Assembly (NCBI GenBank): GCA_965204745.1
Contig: OZ242010.1
Location: 132,007-196,006, forward strand
Origin: Candidatus Latescibacterota bacterium
GTDB lineage: Bacteria > Latescibacterota > UBA2968
Length of the DNA stretch: 64,000 nucleotides
Reading direction: 5' to 3'
Notes under the pieces: model-generated
What the model was told of the DNA's origin: nothing
The model's database searches: none
The model's input: only the letters and a program-made list of their open reading frames with translations
Translations under genes and position numbers: made by a program
Shown here: piece after piece, positions 9,310-17,787 of the stretch
How positions within the stretch are numbered: position 1 is the stretch's first letter
How the letters are laid out: each line of letters opens with the position of its first letter

Positions 9310-10530
9310 ATGAAAGGAAATATCATGTCCACGGGAAAACCCGTAACCCTCGCACTGGTCGGATGCGGCGGCATTGCTGGCGCGCATCTGCGGCGGTATG
9401 ACGAACTCCTCGCCCGCGGCGAAGACCGATTTCGCATTGTCGCCACAGTGGATAGCGATTTTGACCGTGCAACCGCGTGTGCAGATCAGATCAGCGGCAA
9501 AACCGGCTGGGCCGTGACGCCCTATGCCTCGGTGGAAGACCTGCTCAACTCGGGCACGGCCCTCGACGGCGCGGATATTTGCAGTCCGCACGGCCTCCAC
9601 CATGTCCTCGCTTGCGAACTGCTCGCGGGTGGGGTGCATATCCTCTGCGAAAAGCCCATTGGCGTGACCGTGAAAGCCACGAAACAAATCATCGCCACAG
9701 CCAAACGCCACGACAGGATCGCCGCCAATGCCGAACAGTGCCGCCGTAGCATTGGGCAACGCACCATTCACTGGGCCTTTCACAACGGCCTGCTCGGGGA
9801 TGCGCGGTTGTGGTACGCCATCCGATCCGGCTGGCAAGACCCCGCGGATCACCCGGACTGGCACTGGCGCGTGGATCGCAAACTCGGGGGTTGCGGCATG
9901 GTGATGGACAGCGGCGCGCACTGGGTAGATACGATGCGCTATTGGTTTGGGGAGATCGACAGCGTGTACGCCCGAGTCGAGCAACTCGAAGCGCGCCCGC
10001 ACAAAAAAGGCGACCGTCTGGTGGCAGACGCCCGCGAGGATTTTTGGACGAGCATTTTCAATTTTGCCAATGGCGTGATCGGCACCTGGTCGTGGACTAT
10101 CAGCGCGCCCGGCAAGGGCTTTACCCAACTCGCGCTCACCGGCACCAAGGGCAGCATTGTCGATAGCGACATTTTCCACCCGGCAGCGTCGCAAGCGCGG
10201 GGCGAGTGCCATCTGCTCGACGGAACGACCTACGGCATGTCCCAACTGCAAGCCATGTTCCTCGACACCCTCGGCCCACGCGACAAGGACCGCCTTTTTC
10301 CCTACGGCCTCACCGATGGCATGGCGATTGAATTGTGGGATTTTATCGACGCCCTCAGCACCGGGCGCGATGTTGAAATCGACGCGACAGAGGGCCTCAA
10401 GAGCAAAGCCGTGAGCGAGGCGATCTACGAATCGGGCACGAGCGGACAGGTCGTCAAAGTGGCCAACGTGATCTCCGGCAAGGTCGATGCTTACCAGCGC
10501 GATGTCGATCAAATGTGGGGATTGGATTGA
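9310..10530 (+). CDS. Gfo/Idh/MocA family oxidoreductase
   Basis: N-terminal Rossmann VTLALVGCGGIAGAHL and a C-terminal GFO_IDH_MocA-like region. It lies 22 bp after the sulfatase stop with an 'aaaggaaatatc' RBS, so it is probably co-operonic. Confidence 0.8.
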   Translation: MKGNIMSTGKPVTLALVGCGGIAGAHLRRYDELLARGEDRFRIVATVDSDFDRATACADQISGKTGWAVTPYASVEDLLNSGTALDGADICSPHGLHHVLACELLAGGVHILCEKPIGVTVKATKQIIATAKRHDRIAANAEQCRRSIGQRTIHWAFHNGLLGDARLWYAIRSGWQDPADHPDWHWRVDRKLGGCGMVMDSGAHWVDTMRYWFGEIDSVYARVEQLEARPHKKGDRLVADAREDFWTSIFNFANGVIGTWSWTISAPGKGFTQLALTGTKGSIVDSDIFHPAASQARGECHLLDGTTYGMSQLQAMFLDTLGPRDKDRLFPYGLTDGMAIELWDFIDALSTGRDVEIDATEGLKSKAVSEAIYESGTSGQVVKVANVISGKVDAYQRDVDQMWGLD

Positions 10531-10625
10531 GCGAATGATCCATGCAGGGCAAGAGGCAAGAAGCAAGAGGCAAGAGGTAAGATTGAACTGAGCGGATGAT
10601 CCGAGAAGGGACACCGAGAAAAAAC

Positions 10626-10661
10626 GGGCCGCGGTCAAAATGATCGCGGCCCTATTTTTTT
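10626..10661 (+). terminator. Rho-independent terminator after the oxidoreductase gene
   Basis: The stem gggccgcg / cgcggccc has an 11-nt loop and is followed by tattttttt. Confidence 0.7.
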
Positions 10662-10689
10662 CAAAATAACTGACGTTACGCAGTACGTC

Positions 10690-11092
10690 AACGGAGCCAG
10701 TTGACATTTACGAGCCATGCACCGGCTTGAGCGGTTTATCGAGAAAATCAAGTCCTGACGTTCCGCAGTTCAAAGAAAGCATCCCAACAAGTGCCCTCGC
10801 AAAACCCCCTCCGATCAAGCCATCACGCACAGCGCGCAAGTCCGTTTCGCAACCAACGTCCATTATGCAACCCACTTTGCAGGCTGGCGCATATCGTTCT
10901 GTTACAAAAGCGATTTGCGCTGTGCAAGCCTCTCGGCGTTTGAGAGCGGCATTTTTTGCTTACTTTTTTTTGCTGTTGAAAAAAAGTAAGTCGCCGAAGG
11001 CATCGAAGGCAACAAACGAGGCTGTAGGACCAAACACATTAAATGAGCAAGCAACACATTTGTTAATCTGTGCGTAACGTCAAAATCCATTC
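10690..11092 (+). repeat. ~400-bp interspersed element, copy A. Its inverted partner is at 55610-56078. It contains a perfect 13-bp hairpin (cttactttttttt-gctgtt-aaaaaaagtaag).
   Basis: It aligns by eye to the reverse complement of 55610-56078 with frame-breaking indels and one nested 35-bp mini-element in copy B. The overlapping + ORF 10727-11077 is therefore not coding. Confidence 0.75.
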
Positions 11093-11096
11093 GCCT

Positions 11097-11186
11097 TTCA
11101 TCCGTGTTCATCCGTGTTCATCCGTGTTCATCCGTGTTCATCCGTGTTCATCCGTGTTCATCCGTGTTCATCCGTGTTCATCCGTG
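11097..11186. repeat. Perfect 10-mer tandem repeat (ttcatccgtg) x9
   Basis: Read directly. It overlaps the 3' end of the VOC gene, whose stop lies in the first unit. Confidence 0.9.
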
Positions 11187-11589
11187 GTTGCTTTTCGCCT
11201 CTCTCATGCTTGGCGAGTTCGATGAGGTTGCCATCGGGATCGTGGACGAAAACATAGCGCGTGCCATCGTGGGGGCGCACGCCCGGGCCTGATGCGACGC
11301 GCACGCGCGCTTGGTCGAGCGAGGTGATCACGCGGTCAAAATTGGCGACTTCAAAGGCGATGTGCCTGCGCGAGGGGCGGGGGTGTTCTTCGGCGACGAT
11401 CAGGTGAAGTTCGAGATCGCCGCAACGATACCACGCGCCTGCAAAATCGTAATCTGGCCGAGGGATGGGTTGCAGGCCCAAGAACTTTTCGTAAAACGCA
11501 GAAGCGCGTTCCAGATCGCCCGTCACCAATGTGATGTGGCTGACGTGTTCAATGCCTAGGCCAGTGGGCGCAGTCGGGCGGTTGGACAC
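11158..11589 (-). CDS. VOC/glyoxalase-family protein
   Basis: HVSHITLVTGDLERASAFYEKFLGL...HIAFEV...VFVHDPDGNLIEL is the glyoxalase/bleomycin-resistance fold pattern. Confidence 0.7.
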   Translation of the reverse strand: MSNRPTAPTGLGIEHVSHITLVTGDLERASAFYEKFLGLQPIPRPDYDFAGAWYRCGDLELHLIVAEEHPRPSRRHIAFEVANFDRVITSLDQARVRVASGPGVRPHDGTRYVFVHDPDGNLIELAKHERGEKQPRMNTDEHG

Positions 11590-11593
11590 CGGA

Positions 11594-12475
11594 TCAATTC
11601 TCCGTCAGAAGGGTTCTGATTTTCCGCATGCGTGCGGGATGCTTGAGGGCAGAGAGGGCTTTGTCGCGGATTTGGCGCACGCGCTCTTTGGTCAGGTTGA
11701 GGATGTTGCCGATTTGTTCGAGCGTCATGGTCTCGCCGCTGTTGATGCCAAAATACAGGCGCAAGACCCGGGCATCGCGCGGGGCCAACGTGTCGAGGGC
11801 CGTGTGGATTTCCTCGGCCATGGAATTTTCCATCAACACCTCTTCGGGCGTTTCCTGATTTTGGTCTGCCAACAGTTCCAGCATGTTGGTGTCCGGGCTG
11901 TCGTCGATGGGCTTGTCATAAGAAATGTGCCACCGAGACGCATTGAGCAGGTCTTGCACTTGACCGGGCTGCATGTCGGCGCGGGCCGCAATTTCATCGA
12001 CTTGCGGTTCTCTGCCCAACATCTGTTTGAGGTCCGCAGAGATGCGCTCCAATTTGCTCAGGTGTTTGATCTTGTTCACCGGCAAGCGCACCATGCGGGC
12101 TTTTTCTGCCAATGCGGACAAGATGCTCTGCCGAATCCACCACACGGCATAAGTGGTGAACTTGACGCCCACGGTTTCGTCGTAGCGAGTCGCCGCGCGC
12201 ACGAGCCCCATGTTGCCTTCGGCGATGAGGTCTTCCAAGGGCAGGCCGCGCCCCTGATACTCTTTGGCAATGGTGATGACGAATCGCAAATTGGATTCGA
12301 TCATTTTGTTCAGGCTTTGGCGGTCTCCGTTGCGGATGCGCTTGGCCAGGGCGACTTCTTCTTGTGGCGAGAGCAATTCGTTGCACGCGATGTCTTTGAG
12401 ATAGAGCTCAAATGCAGAACCCGTGCTACCATTTGTTCTGGGTGCGGTGTTGTAACTCATGAGTGCAGCAGGCAT
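11594..12475 (-). CDS. RNA polymerase sigma-70 family factor (RpoD/RpoS-like, regions 1.2-4)
   Basis: LYLKDIACNELLSPQEEVALAKRI, region 2 IESNLRFVITIAKEY...GNMGLVRAATRYD...FTTYAVWWIRQSI, and region 4 MTLEQIGNILNLTKERVRQIRDKAL. The start is placed at MPAAL/MSYN (12475/12460). A long AT-rich leader follows at 12590-12860. Confidence 0.85.
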   Translation of the reverse strand: MPAALMSYNTAPRTNGSTGSAFELYLKDIACNELLSPQEEVALAKRIRNGDRQSLNKMIESNLRFVITIAKEYQGRGLPLEDLIAEGNMGLVRAATRYDETVGVKFTTYAVWWIRQSILSALAEKARMVRLPVNKIKHLSKLERISADLKQMLGREPQVDEIAARADMQPGQVQDLLNASRWHISYDKPIDDSPDTNMLELLADQNQETPEEVLMENSMAEEIHTALDTLAPRDARVLRLYFGINSGETMTLEQIGNILNLTKERVRQIRDKALSALKHPARMRKIRTLLTEN

Positions 12476-12864
12476 ATATTTCCCCCGTGACTTGGAAAAC
12501 GACTCTCGGTCGCGTGTCTCGTCAACGGCACGCAAAAAAATGCGGATGCGATGACGCAATCCGACTTCGGTCGTTGCCAAAATAAACGCCCCTCGGTCAT
12601 GGGGAAACCAAGGCGTGGTTGTGTGACAACATTGGGATAAGGGGAGTGTTGCTTTGGGGAGTGATTTGGAGGAAGGAATCGATCACGAGCCGCAGGGGAG
12701 CGGTGTTTTCGACCAAACCAAAATGCGTGGGGCAAGTATTGAGGAAATACTTGGGCGCACAAGATAGGGGATTAAACTTTGAAACGCAACAATAATTTTC
12801 CCATTTTTTGCAAAAAATTGTCTGCATGTCAAAAAAAAACAACAAAAAGCACGAGTGCAAACGC

Positions 12865-15759
12865 TCAAGACTGCCCGTAATCCTGAACGAAAATCAAAAA
12901 ATCGCCAAAACCAATCTGTCCATCACCATCCAAATCGTATCGCACATCGTAGTTTGCATGCCCGGCCGCGTACCCGTAATGCGATGCGAACAAGAGGAAA
13001 TCCTGAAACCCCACGCTGCCATTGCCATCAAAATCGGTCCGCAACCCGGCCTGGCGCGCAAAGGTTAAGACCAGCGGCTCGGCAAACACCTCGAATTGTC
13101 CCGCCCGCCGGATGCGCGCCTGTCGCAACCGGATTTGACCCGCATCGGAGGCGCGAAAGCGGATGGTGCCGAGCCGTGCGGAGGGCTGCGCGATTTTTCC
13201 GCCGAATGACGCGGCCATCACTTCAACCGCCGAAGCATCGTTGGCCGGGTGATAAGGCCCTGGCGAGTGTCCATTGGGAATCCCCTCTCCAATGTCAAAT
13301 CCCTCGTAAGCCAACGCGGGCGCGTCAAAATCGAACAAGGCGCGAAAGCCGATGGCGTCTTTGACCTGCTGCCCGTGAATTTGCACGGCGATCACGCCAT
13401 CGGCGGGCAGGACATGCACGCCGTTATTTTTTTCTCCCTCTGTTGCGAGCGACAGCGCGAACCGCGTGCTTTGCGGCCGGTACCCGGTTCCGGAAACGCG
13501 AATGCCGACCGAAGGCGTTTGCGGGTCATTGCTGGATAGGGTCGCGCTGCCTTGCAGGTCGCCCGGTCTGCTGGGTTCAAAACGCAGGGTAAAAAAGCCG
13601 TTTCGCTTGGCGGGAATCGTCAATTGTTTCGGGATGGCCCCCACTTGATCATCGCTGGTGATAATGTCGGTAATGGACAGGGCCGCGTCTCCAAAATTCG
13701 TGACCGTGACGATCATCGACTTTGACGTACCGATCTCAACGCGCCCAAAATCGCGTGGGGACGTATCGACCGAGAGTTGCGGTGCCGGAGCGACGGGTTG
13801 TTGAACGCCTCGTGCGCGCAACCGCACGGTGGCCCGATCCGGCAAATTGCTCAAAATGGTCATTGCGCCGGATTTATCGCCCAGGCTTTGCGGCGAAAAA
13901 GTGACGAAAATTTGCCCGCTGCGCCCCGGTGGCACCGTGAGGGACGATTGCGAGAGGCCATAGTCTCGAGAGGGCAACAGGATGGTCGTTATGACCAAGG
14001 ACGCCTGACCGGGATTGACAATCCCCAGTTCGAGGGTTTGGGATTGCCCCAACAAGACCGCGCCAAAATCGAGTTCCGTGCGCGAAAGGTTCATGATGGG
14101 CGTGCCGATCAAAAGTGGAGACAACTCCAATCGCCCGGCGCCATAGACATTATCGGGGCCAGGAGTGCCCATATCCACCACAGATCGCATCAGCGCGTCC
14201 TTCAACCTCCGCGCATTGTAATGCACGGGGTTGGAAGATTTTAGGAGGGCCGCGGCCCCAGCGACATGGGGCGTTGCCGCGGATGTGCCGTAATAGCCCG
14301 AAGGGCCGTAGCTTCGCGTGAGAACCCCCGCAGGCGCGACCAAGTCGGGTTTGATTCGCCCATCAAACGTCGGGCCTTGAGAACTATACGATTCAATCGG
14401 CCCCGTCGCATAGTTGCGATGCCCCAACGCGCCCACAGTCAGCGCGCCACGCGCATCCCCCGGCGAAGTCAATGACCCCGCAATGGATATAGGCCCGTCG
14501 AGATCATGGGATGGGCTGATCAATTTGAAAAGGGTCACTTTGGCGTCCCTTGCCCGCCAAACCGCCAAGCCGTAAGTTCCCGGTTCCCGAATGGTATAAA
14601 CGAGCCACTCTAAGGGCGGCGAGTAAGATTGTTTGGTATCTGCACGCTCGACAACATCAGCACTGCCATCCGTCGCGATTTTTACGAGCAACAGATCGTA
14701 GTCGTGAGACGTGCGCGGCCATTCATTCCAGGTCAAGACTGCTTTTACTTCGTCTCCTACTTGCACATTTTTGAGGTTGACGATTTCATCGCCTCCATCA
14801 AAGTTGTGATACCCGTTGGCATCCGGGTCGCTTAACTGTGCCGAGATTTTTCTTTGCGCCTCATTCCCCGCTGCGTTCACCCACAAAACATTGTTCTGAA
14901 ACGCATCATCGGCAATTTCACACGCAATACCCGTTCCATCGCCAAACCCTCTCGCAAAATCCCATCCCAACGATACGGTGACAATATCGAGCCCCTCCTG
15001 AATTGCCGCGTCCTTGGCGTTTTCCAAACTGACCATATCATCCACCTTGTACAGATGAATTTCGGCATCCGGGGCAATGTCGTGAACGATTTCAGCGCAG
15101 GCCGATCCATGCACCATGGCATCTTCGGAAAGACTGCCGCGTTCAAAAATCCCTTCGCCCGTAAAATCCCGAGAAAACACCGCGGGCAATTCTCCTCGGT
15201 TTTGCAAGGATGGCACGTTGACAAAACCGATGTCAATGACCCCGACTTTTATGCCGCGCCCGGTAAAACCACTGCGCGAATAAACCGGTGCTTTGATGCG
15301 CTCTACACCCTCGCTGACGAGGAGTGGGCGCGGCTTGATGGGCAGTCGCACAAACTGCACACCCGCCACATGGGTCAACTTTTCGAGTGCGGATATGGGC
15401 GCGGACACTTTGACCAAATGCCGAGATTGGGCGACAATGCTGACGCCCAAATTGGATAACGCGCCAAAATCAATCCTTTCTGAAAGTTGCCCATCTCGCG
15501 GCTCCAATACGACTGTGATATTTTCGCCATCGCTATCTGCCGCGCCGTATTGTTTTGCCGTCGCCTTGGCCAGTGCGCGTTTTTGTGCCACCCAGTTCTT
15601 TTGAATCCGCGCCAGCACCCCTTCCAACTTCGGGGGATGATCGACCTTTTCGTACTCAAGTTGAGTCGCCTGCACGGAAGCGGTTAAACTCAGCGCAACA
15701 GCGTGCAAAAACAGGACGAGCACAGAGAGAACCCCGCGCCGAGAGGAACGAACCATCAC
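12865..15759 (-). CDS. Secreted S8 subtilisin-like serine peptidase. It has tandem ASH/Ig-like domains, a cohesin-like beta-sandwich and a C-terminal type-I dockerin.
   Basis: Signal peptide MMVRSSRRGVLSVLVLFLHAVALSLTASVQA. The catalytic triad context is VGVIDIG (D), HGSACAEIV (H) and GTSAATPHVAGAAALL (S). The C-terminus DFDGNGSVGFQDFLLFASHYG...YDLDGDGQIGFGDFLIFVQDYG is a duplicated Ca-loop dockerin. Confidence 0.85.
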   Translation of the reverse strand: MMVRSSRRGVLSVLVLFLHAVALSLTASVQATQLEYEKVDHPPKLEGVLARIQKNWVAQKRALAKATAKQYGAADSDGENITVVLEPRDGQLSERIDFGALSNLGVSIVAQSRHLVKVSAPISALEKLTHVAGVQFVRLPIKPRPLLVSEGVERIKAPVYSRSGFTGRGIKVGVIDIGFVNVPSLQNRGELPAVFSRDFTGEGIFERGSLSEDAMVHGSACAEIVHDIAPDAEIHLYKVDDMVSLENAKDAAIQEGLDIVTVSLGWDFARGFGDGTGIACEIADDAFQNNVLWVNAAGNEAQRKISAQLSDPDANGYHNFDGGDEIVNLKNVQVGDEVKAVLTWNEWPRTSHDYDLLLVKIATDGSADVVERADTKQSYSPPLEWLVYTIREPGTYGLAVWRARDAKVTLFKLISPSHDLDGPISIAGSLTSPGDARGALTVGALGHRNYATGPIESYSSQGPTFDGRIKPDLVAPAGVLTRSYGPSGYYGTSAATPHVAGAAALLKSSNPVHYNARRLKDALMRSVVDMGTPGPDNVYGAGRLELSPLLIGTPIMNLSRTELDFGAVLLGQSQTLELGIVNPGQASLVITTILLPSRDYGLSQSSLTVPPGRSGQIFVTFSPQSLGDKSGAMTILSNLPDRATVRLRARGVQQPVAPAPQLSVDTSPRDFGRVEIGTSKSMIVTVTNFGDAALSITDIITSDDQVGAIPKQLTIPAKRNGFFTLRFEPSRPGDLQGSATLSSNDPQTPSVGIRVSGTGYRPQSTRFALSLATEGEKNNGVHVLPADGVIAVQIHGQQVKDAIGFRALFDFDAPALAYEGFDIGEGIPNGHSPGPYHPANDASAVEVMAASFGGKIAQPSARLGTIRFRASDAGQIRLRQARIRRAGQFEVFAEPLVLTFARQAGLRTDFDGNGSVGFQDFLLFASHYGYAAGHANYDVRYDLDGDGQIGFGDFLIFVQDYGQS

Positions 15760-16890
15760 TCACTGTCCTTTGCCAAAATTTTCCGAAAAAATGAGGAAAT
15801 CATCGCCATCCACATCGCCATCATCGTCCAAATCACCCCTTAAGGAGGTGGTCGAACCGGCGTTGGATTGGGCAGAGTTGCTCGACCAAGTCGTGATACC
15901 CTGCGGGGACAGCGTGCGGACAATGCCATTGCCATCTAACGTGGCTGTCATGTCGGCAAGCAACCTTTCCCGGTTGTCCTGGATGCCGATATAGCCATTT
16001 TCGTTCGCGCCAACGATCCAAGCACCGAGGGTGCCATAGCGATTGCTCACTCTGATCAATCCATTATCGTTTGTATTTGATCCTGCTGTAATGAGTTCTG
16101 TGCCCGTTTCGGACTTGAGTCTCAATACACCTCGCCCCTCGCCACTCCATCCCAAATAAGCAATTTGCTGGTCGTTGTTATTGTATAGATCCACATTGCC
16201 TGCGGTCTCATCTGCATACATGGACGCCAACCTTTTTCCCGATGCGTTCCTCAGACTCAACAGTCCATTGCCCCGAGTACTTGCCCCAAGATACGCCAAA
16301 TTTTCACTTTCATTGTTGATGTGTATCGCGGGGGTTTCATCCGCGCCCAGACTAATCAAATGCACGCCATTTTTGTTTTTTACGTTGATCAATCCATCGC
16401 CTGACTCAACATCTGATCCCAAAGCAATGAGATTATTTTCTTCTGTTGTATTGATCAACACATGTCCATTGCCATTTGAAGCACTCGATCCAATATAAAC
16501 CAGTTGCCTGCCTTCCGCAGAATTGACAAAAATAAGGCCCCCGCCCACGGTACTAGGCCACAATTCAACGACTGCTTGCCCGGTGCTGTTCACAATCTGC
16601 AATCCGCTCGTGCGAATCGGCCCCTGCGTTTGCGCCGTTGCTTTTCCCGATCTCTGTGCGGCTGGATGCCTTGTAGCGGGCCTGTCTTCGGTTGGCGCGT
16701 TGGGGATTTCAAAATCGGCTTTGGGCTTTGGAATAGGCGCGAGGAATGAGCCGATCCGCAATGGCGAAATGCCCTCTGTTGAGGCAACCGAGATCATTGC
16801 CAGCAACAGAAAACACAACAAGATGTTGAAATTGCGGTAGCGCGCAACGCGCGTTTCCAATTTGCCCAAACGCTCTTCAACTGAATTCAT
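15760..16890 (-). CDS. Membrane-anchored or secreted beta-repeat protein (~20-aa G-rich repeats, NHL/beta-propeller-like) ending in a single dockerin-like Ca-loop
   Basis: N-terminal hydrophobic segment ILLCFLLLAMISVAST. About 12 repeats of the type GNGxLxLxNxxGxxLxxLGADET. C-terminal DLDDDGDVDGDDFLIFSENFG. The start is at MNSVEERLG (16890). The stop abuts the subtilase start with no spacer. Confidence 0.6.
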   Translation of the reverse strand: MNSVEERLGKLETRVARYRNFNILLCFLLLAMISVASTEGISPLRIGSFLAPIPKPKADFEIPNAPTEDRPATRHPAAQRSGKATAQTQGPIRTSGLQIVNSTGQAVVELWPSTVGGGLIFVNSAEGRQLVYIGSSASNGNGHVLINTTEENNLIALGSDVESGDGLINVKNKNGVHLISLGADETPAIHINNESENLAYLGASTRGNGLLSLRNASGKRLASMYADETAGNVDLYNNNDQQIAYLGWSGEGRGVLRLKSETGTELITAGSNTNDNGLIRVSNRYGTLGAWIVGANENGYIGIQDNRERLLADMTATLDGNGIVRTLSPQGITTWSSNSAQSNAGSTTSLRGDLDDDGDVDGDDFLIFSENFGKGQ

Positions 16891-17001
16891 AATGCTTTCT
16901 CCTGTGTTGAGGTGGTGAACATCGAACAAACGCATAGCGGGTCGGTACTCGGGCGAGTACCGACCCGCTCTCATTGGGATTCCATACAGATCGGCTCTGG
17001 A

Positions 17002-17511
17002 TTATTTGAAATACAAACCCGCAAGCCCCAACAACATCACGATAAAAATGCCGACAAGCCATTGCCGCGTCGCTCGCAATTCCCGGAACTGATTGTCCAT
17101 ATCCCGTTTCAAGTCATCAAATCGCTTATCGACATCTCGTTTCAAGTCGTTAAACCGGTTGTTCATATCATCGAACCGGTTGTTCATGCTCTCTTTCAAA
17201 TCCTCGAACCGCTTATCGACACTTTCAAACCTGCTGTTCATCTCCTGTTTCAGGTCACCGAACCGCTTGTCCATGTCGCGTTTCAGGTCATCGAACCGGT
17301 TGTCCATGTCGCGTTTCAAGTCATCGAACCGGTTGTTCATATCCTCAAACCGGTTGTTTGAACTCTCTTTCAAATCCTCAAACCGCTTGTCCATTTGGTC
17401 GAGAAAACCGCCCAAATAGCCCTGCTGTTTCTGCGTTTCGCTTTGAAAAAACTTTGCCCAATTTTCAAACCCATTTGACGATTTCCGTTCTTTTGGGGTG
17501 CTCATGGTCAT
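17002..17511 (-). CDS. Tail-anchored hendecad-repeat protein (12 x 11-aa DxRFDDLKRDM units plus a C-terminal TM helix)
   Basis: The SD 'AAAGGAG' precedes ATGACCATG at 17511. The repeat NRFDDLKRDMD/KRFEDLKESMN is encoded by a 33-bp tandem array (17090-17400). The C-terminal WLVGIFIVMLLGLAGLYFK is a TM segment. Confidence 0.55.
   Translation of the reverse strand: MTMSTPKERKSSNGFENWAKFFQSETQKQQGYLGGFLDQMDKRFEDLKESSNNRFEDMNNRFDDLKRDMDNRFDDLKRDMDKRFGDLKQEMNSRFESVDKRFEDLKESMNNRFDDMNNRFNDLKRDVDKRFDDLKRDMDNQFRELRATRQWLVGIFIVMLLGLAGLYFK
17090..17400. repeat. 33-bp in-frame tandem repeat (about 9-10 units) encoding the hendecad repeats
   Basis: Read directly; e.g. 'catatcccgtttcaagtcatcaaatcgcttatcga' is reiterated. 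Confidence 0.7.
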
Positions 17512-17787
17512 CTCCTTTCGCAAAGCCAACACAACTGTCCATAACATAATAGCCAATTTTGGTTTTTTTTCAAGGAGAAATATCGTGCTATCGGCAATCA
17601 GTACAGATAGAGCGAAAAAAGGCACTGGATTCCGACCCCTGCTTTATGCTTTTGTCAGAATGACGGTGGGCGAGTGTTTTACGTACTGAATAACACCATT
17701 GCCTCACGTCTTGTATCTTTGGGCGAGCACGGGGGCGTTGCCCCGTTCCGTCTATTCGCTTGACTTCAATGCGGTCAAACAATAGGT

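Noticed and set aside
8764-10707. 647-aa minus-strand ORF spanning the sulfatase and oxidoreductase genes
   Set aside because: It is antisense to two well-supported + strand genes with clear motifs. The composition is Arg/Ala/Gly-rich, typical of GC-rich shadow ORFs.
10727-11077. 116-aa ORF (and its counterpart 55665-56063) that looked like a duplicated small gene
   Set aside because: The two DNA copies differ by frame-breaking indels and a nested insertion, so protein sequence is not conserved beyond the first 17 residues. It is treated as a non-coding interspersed element.
12597-12868. Small ORFs in the AT-rich region upstream of the sigma-factor gene
   Set aside because: The region is a low-complexity AT-rich leader or promoter. 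The ORFs are Phe/Leu/Lys-rich with no start context.
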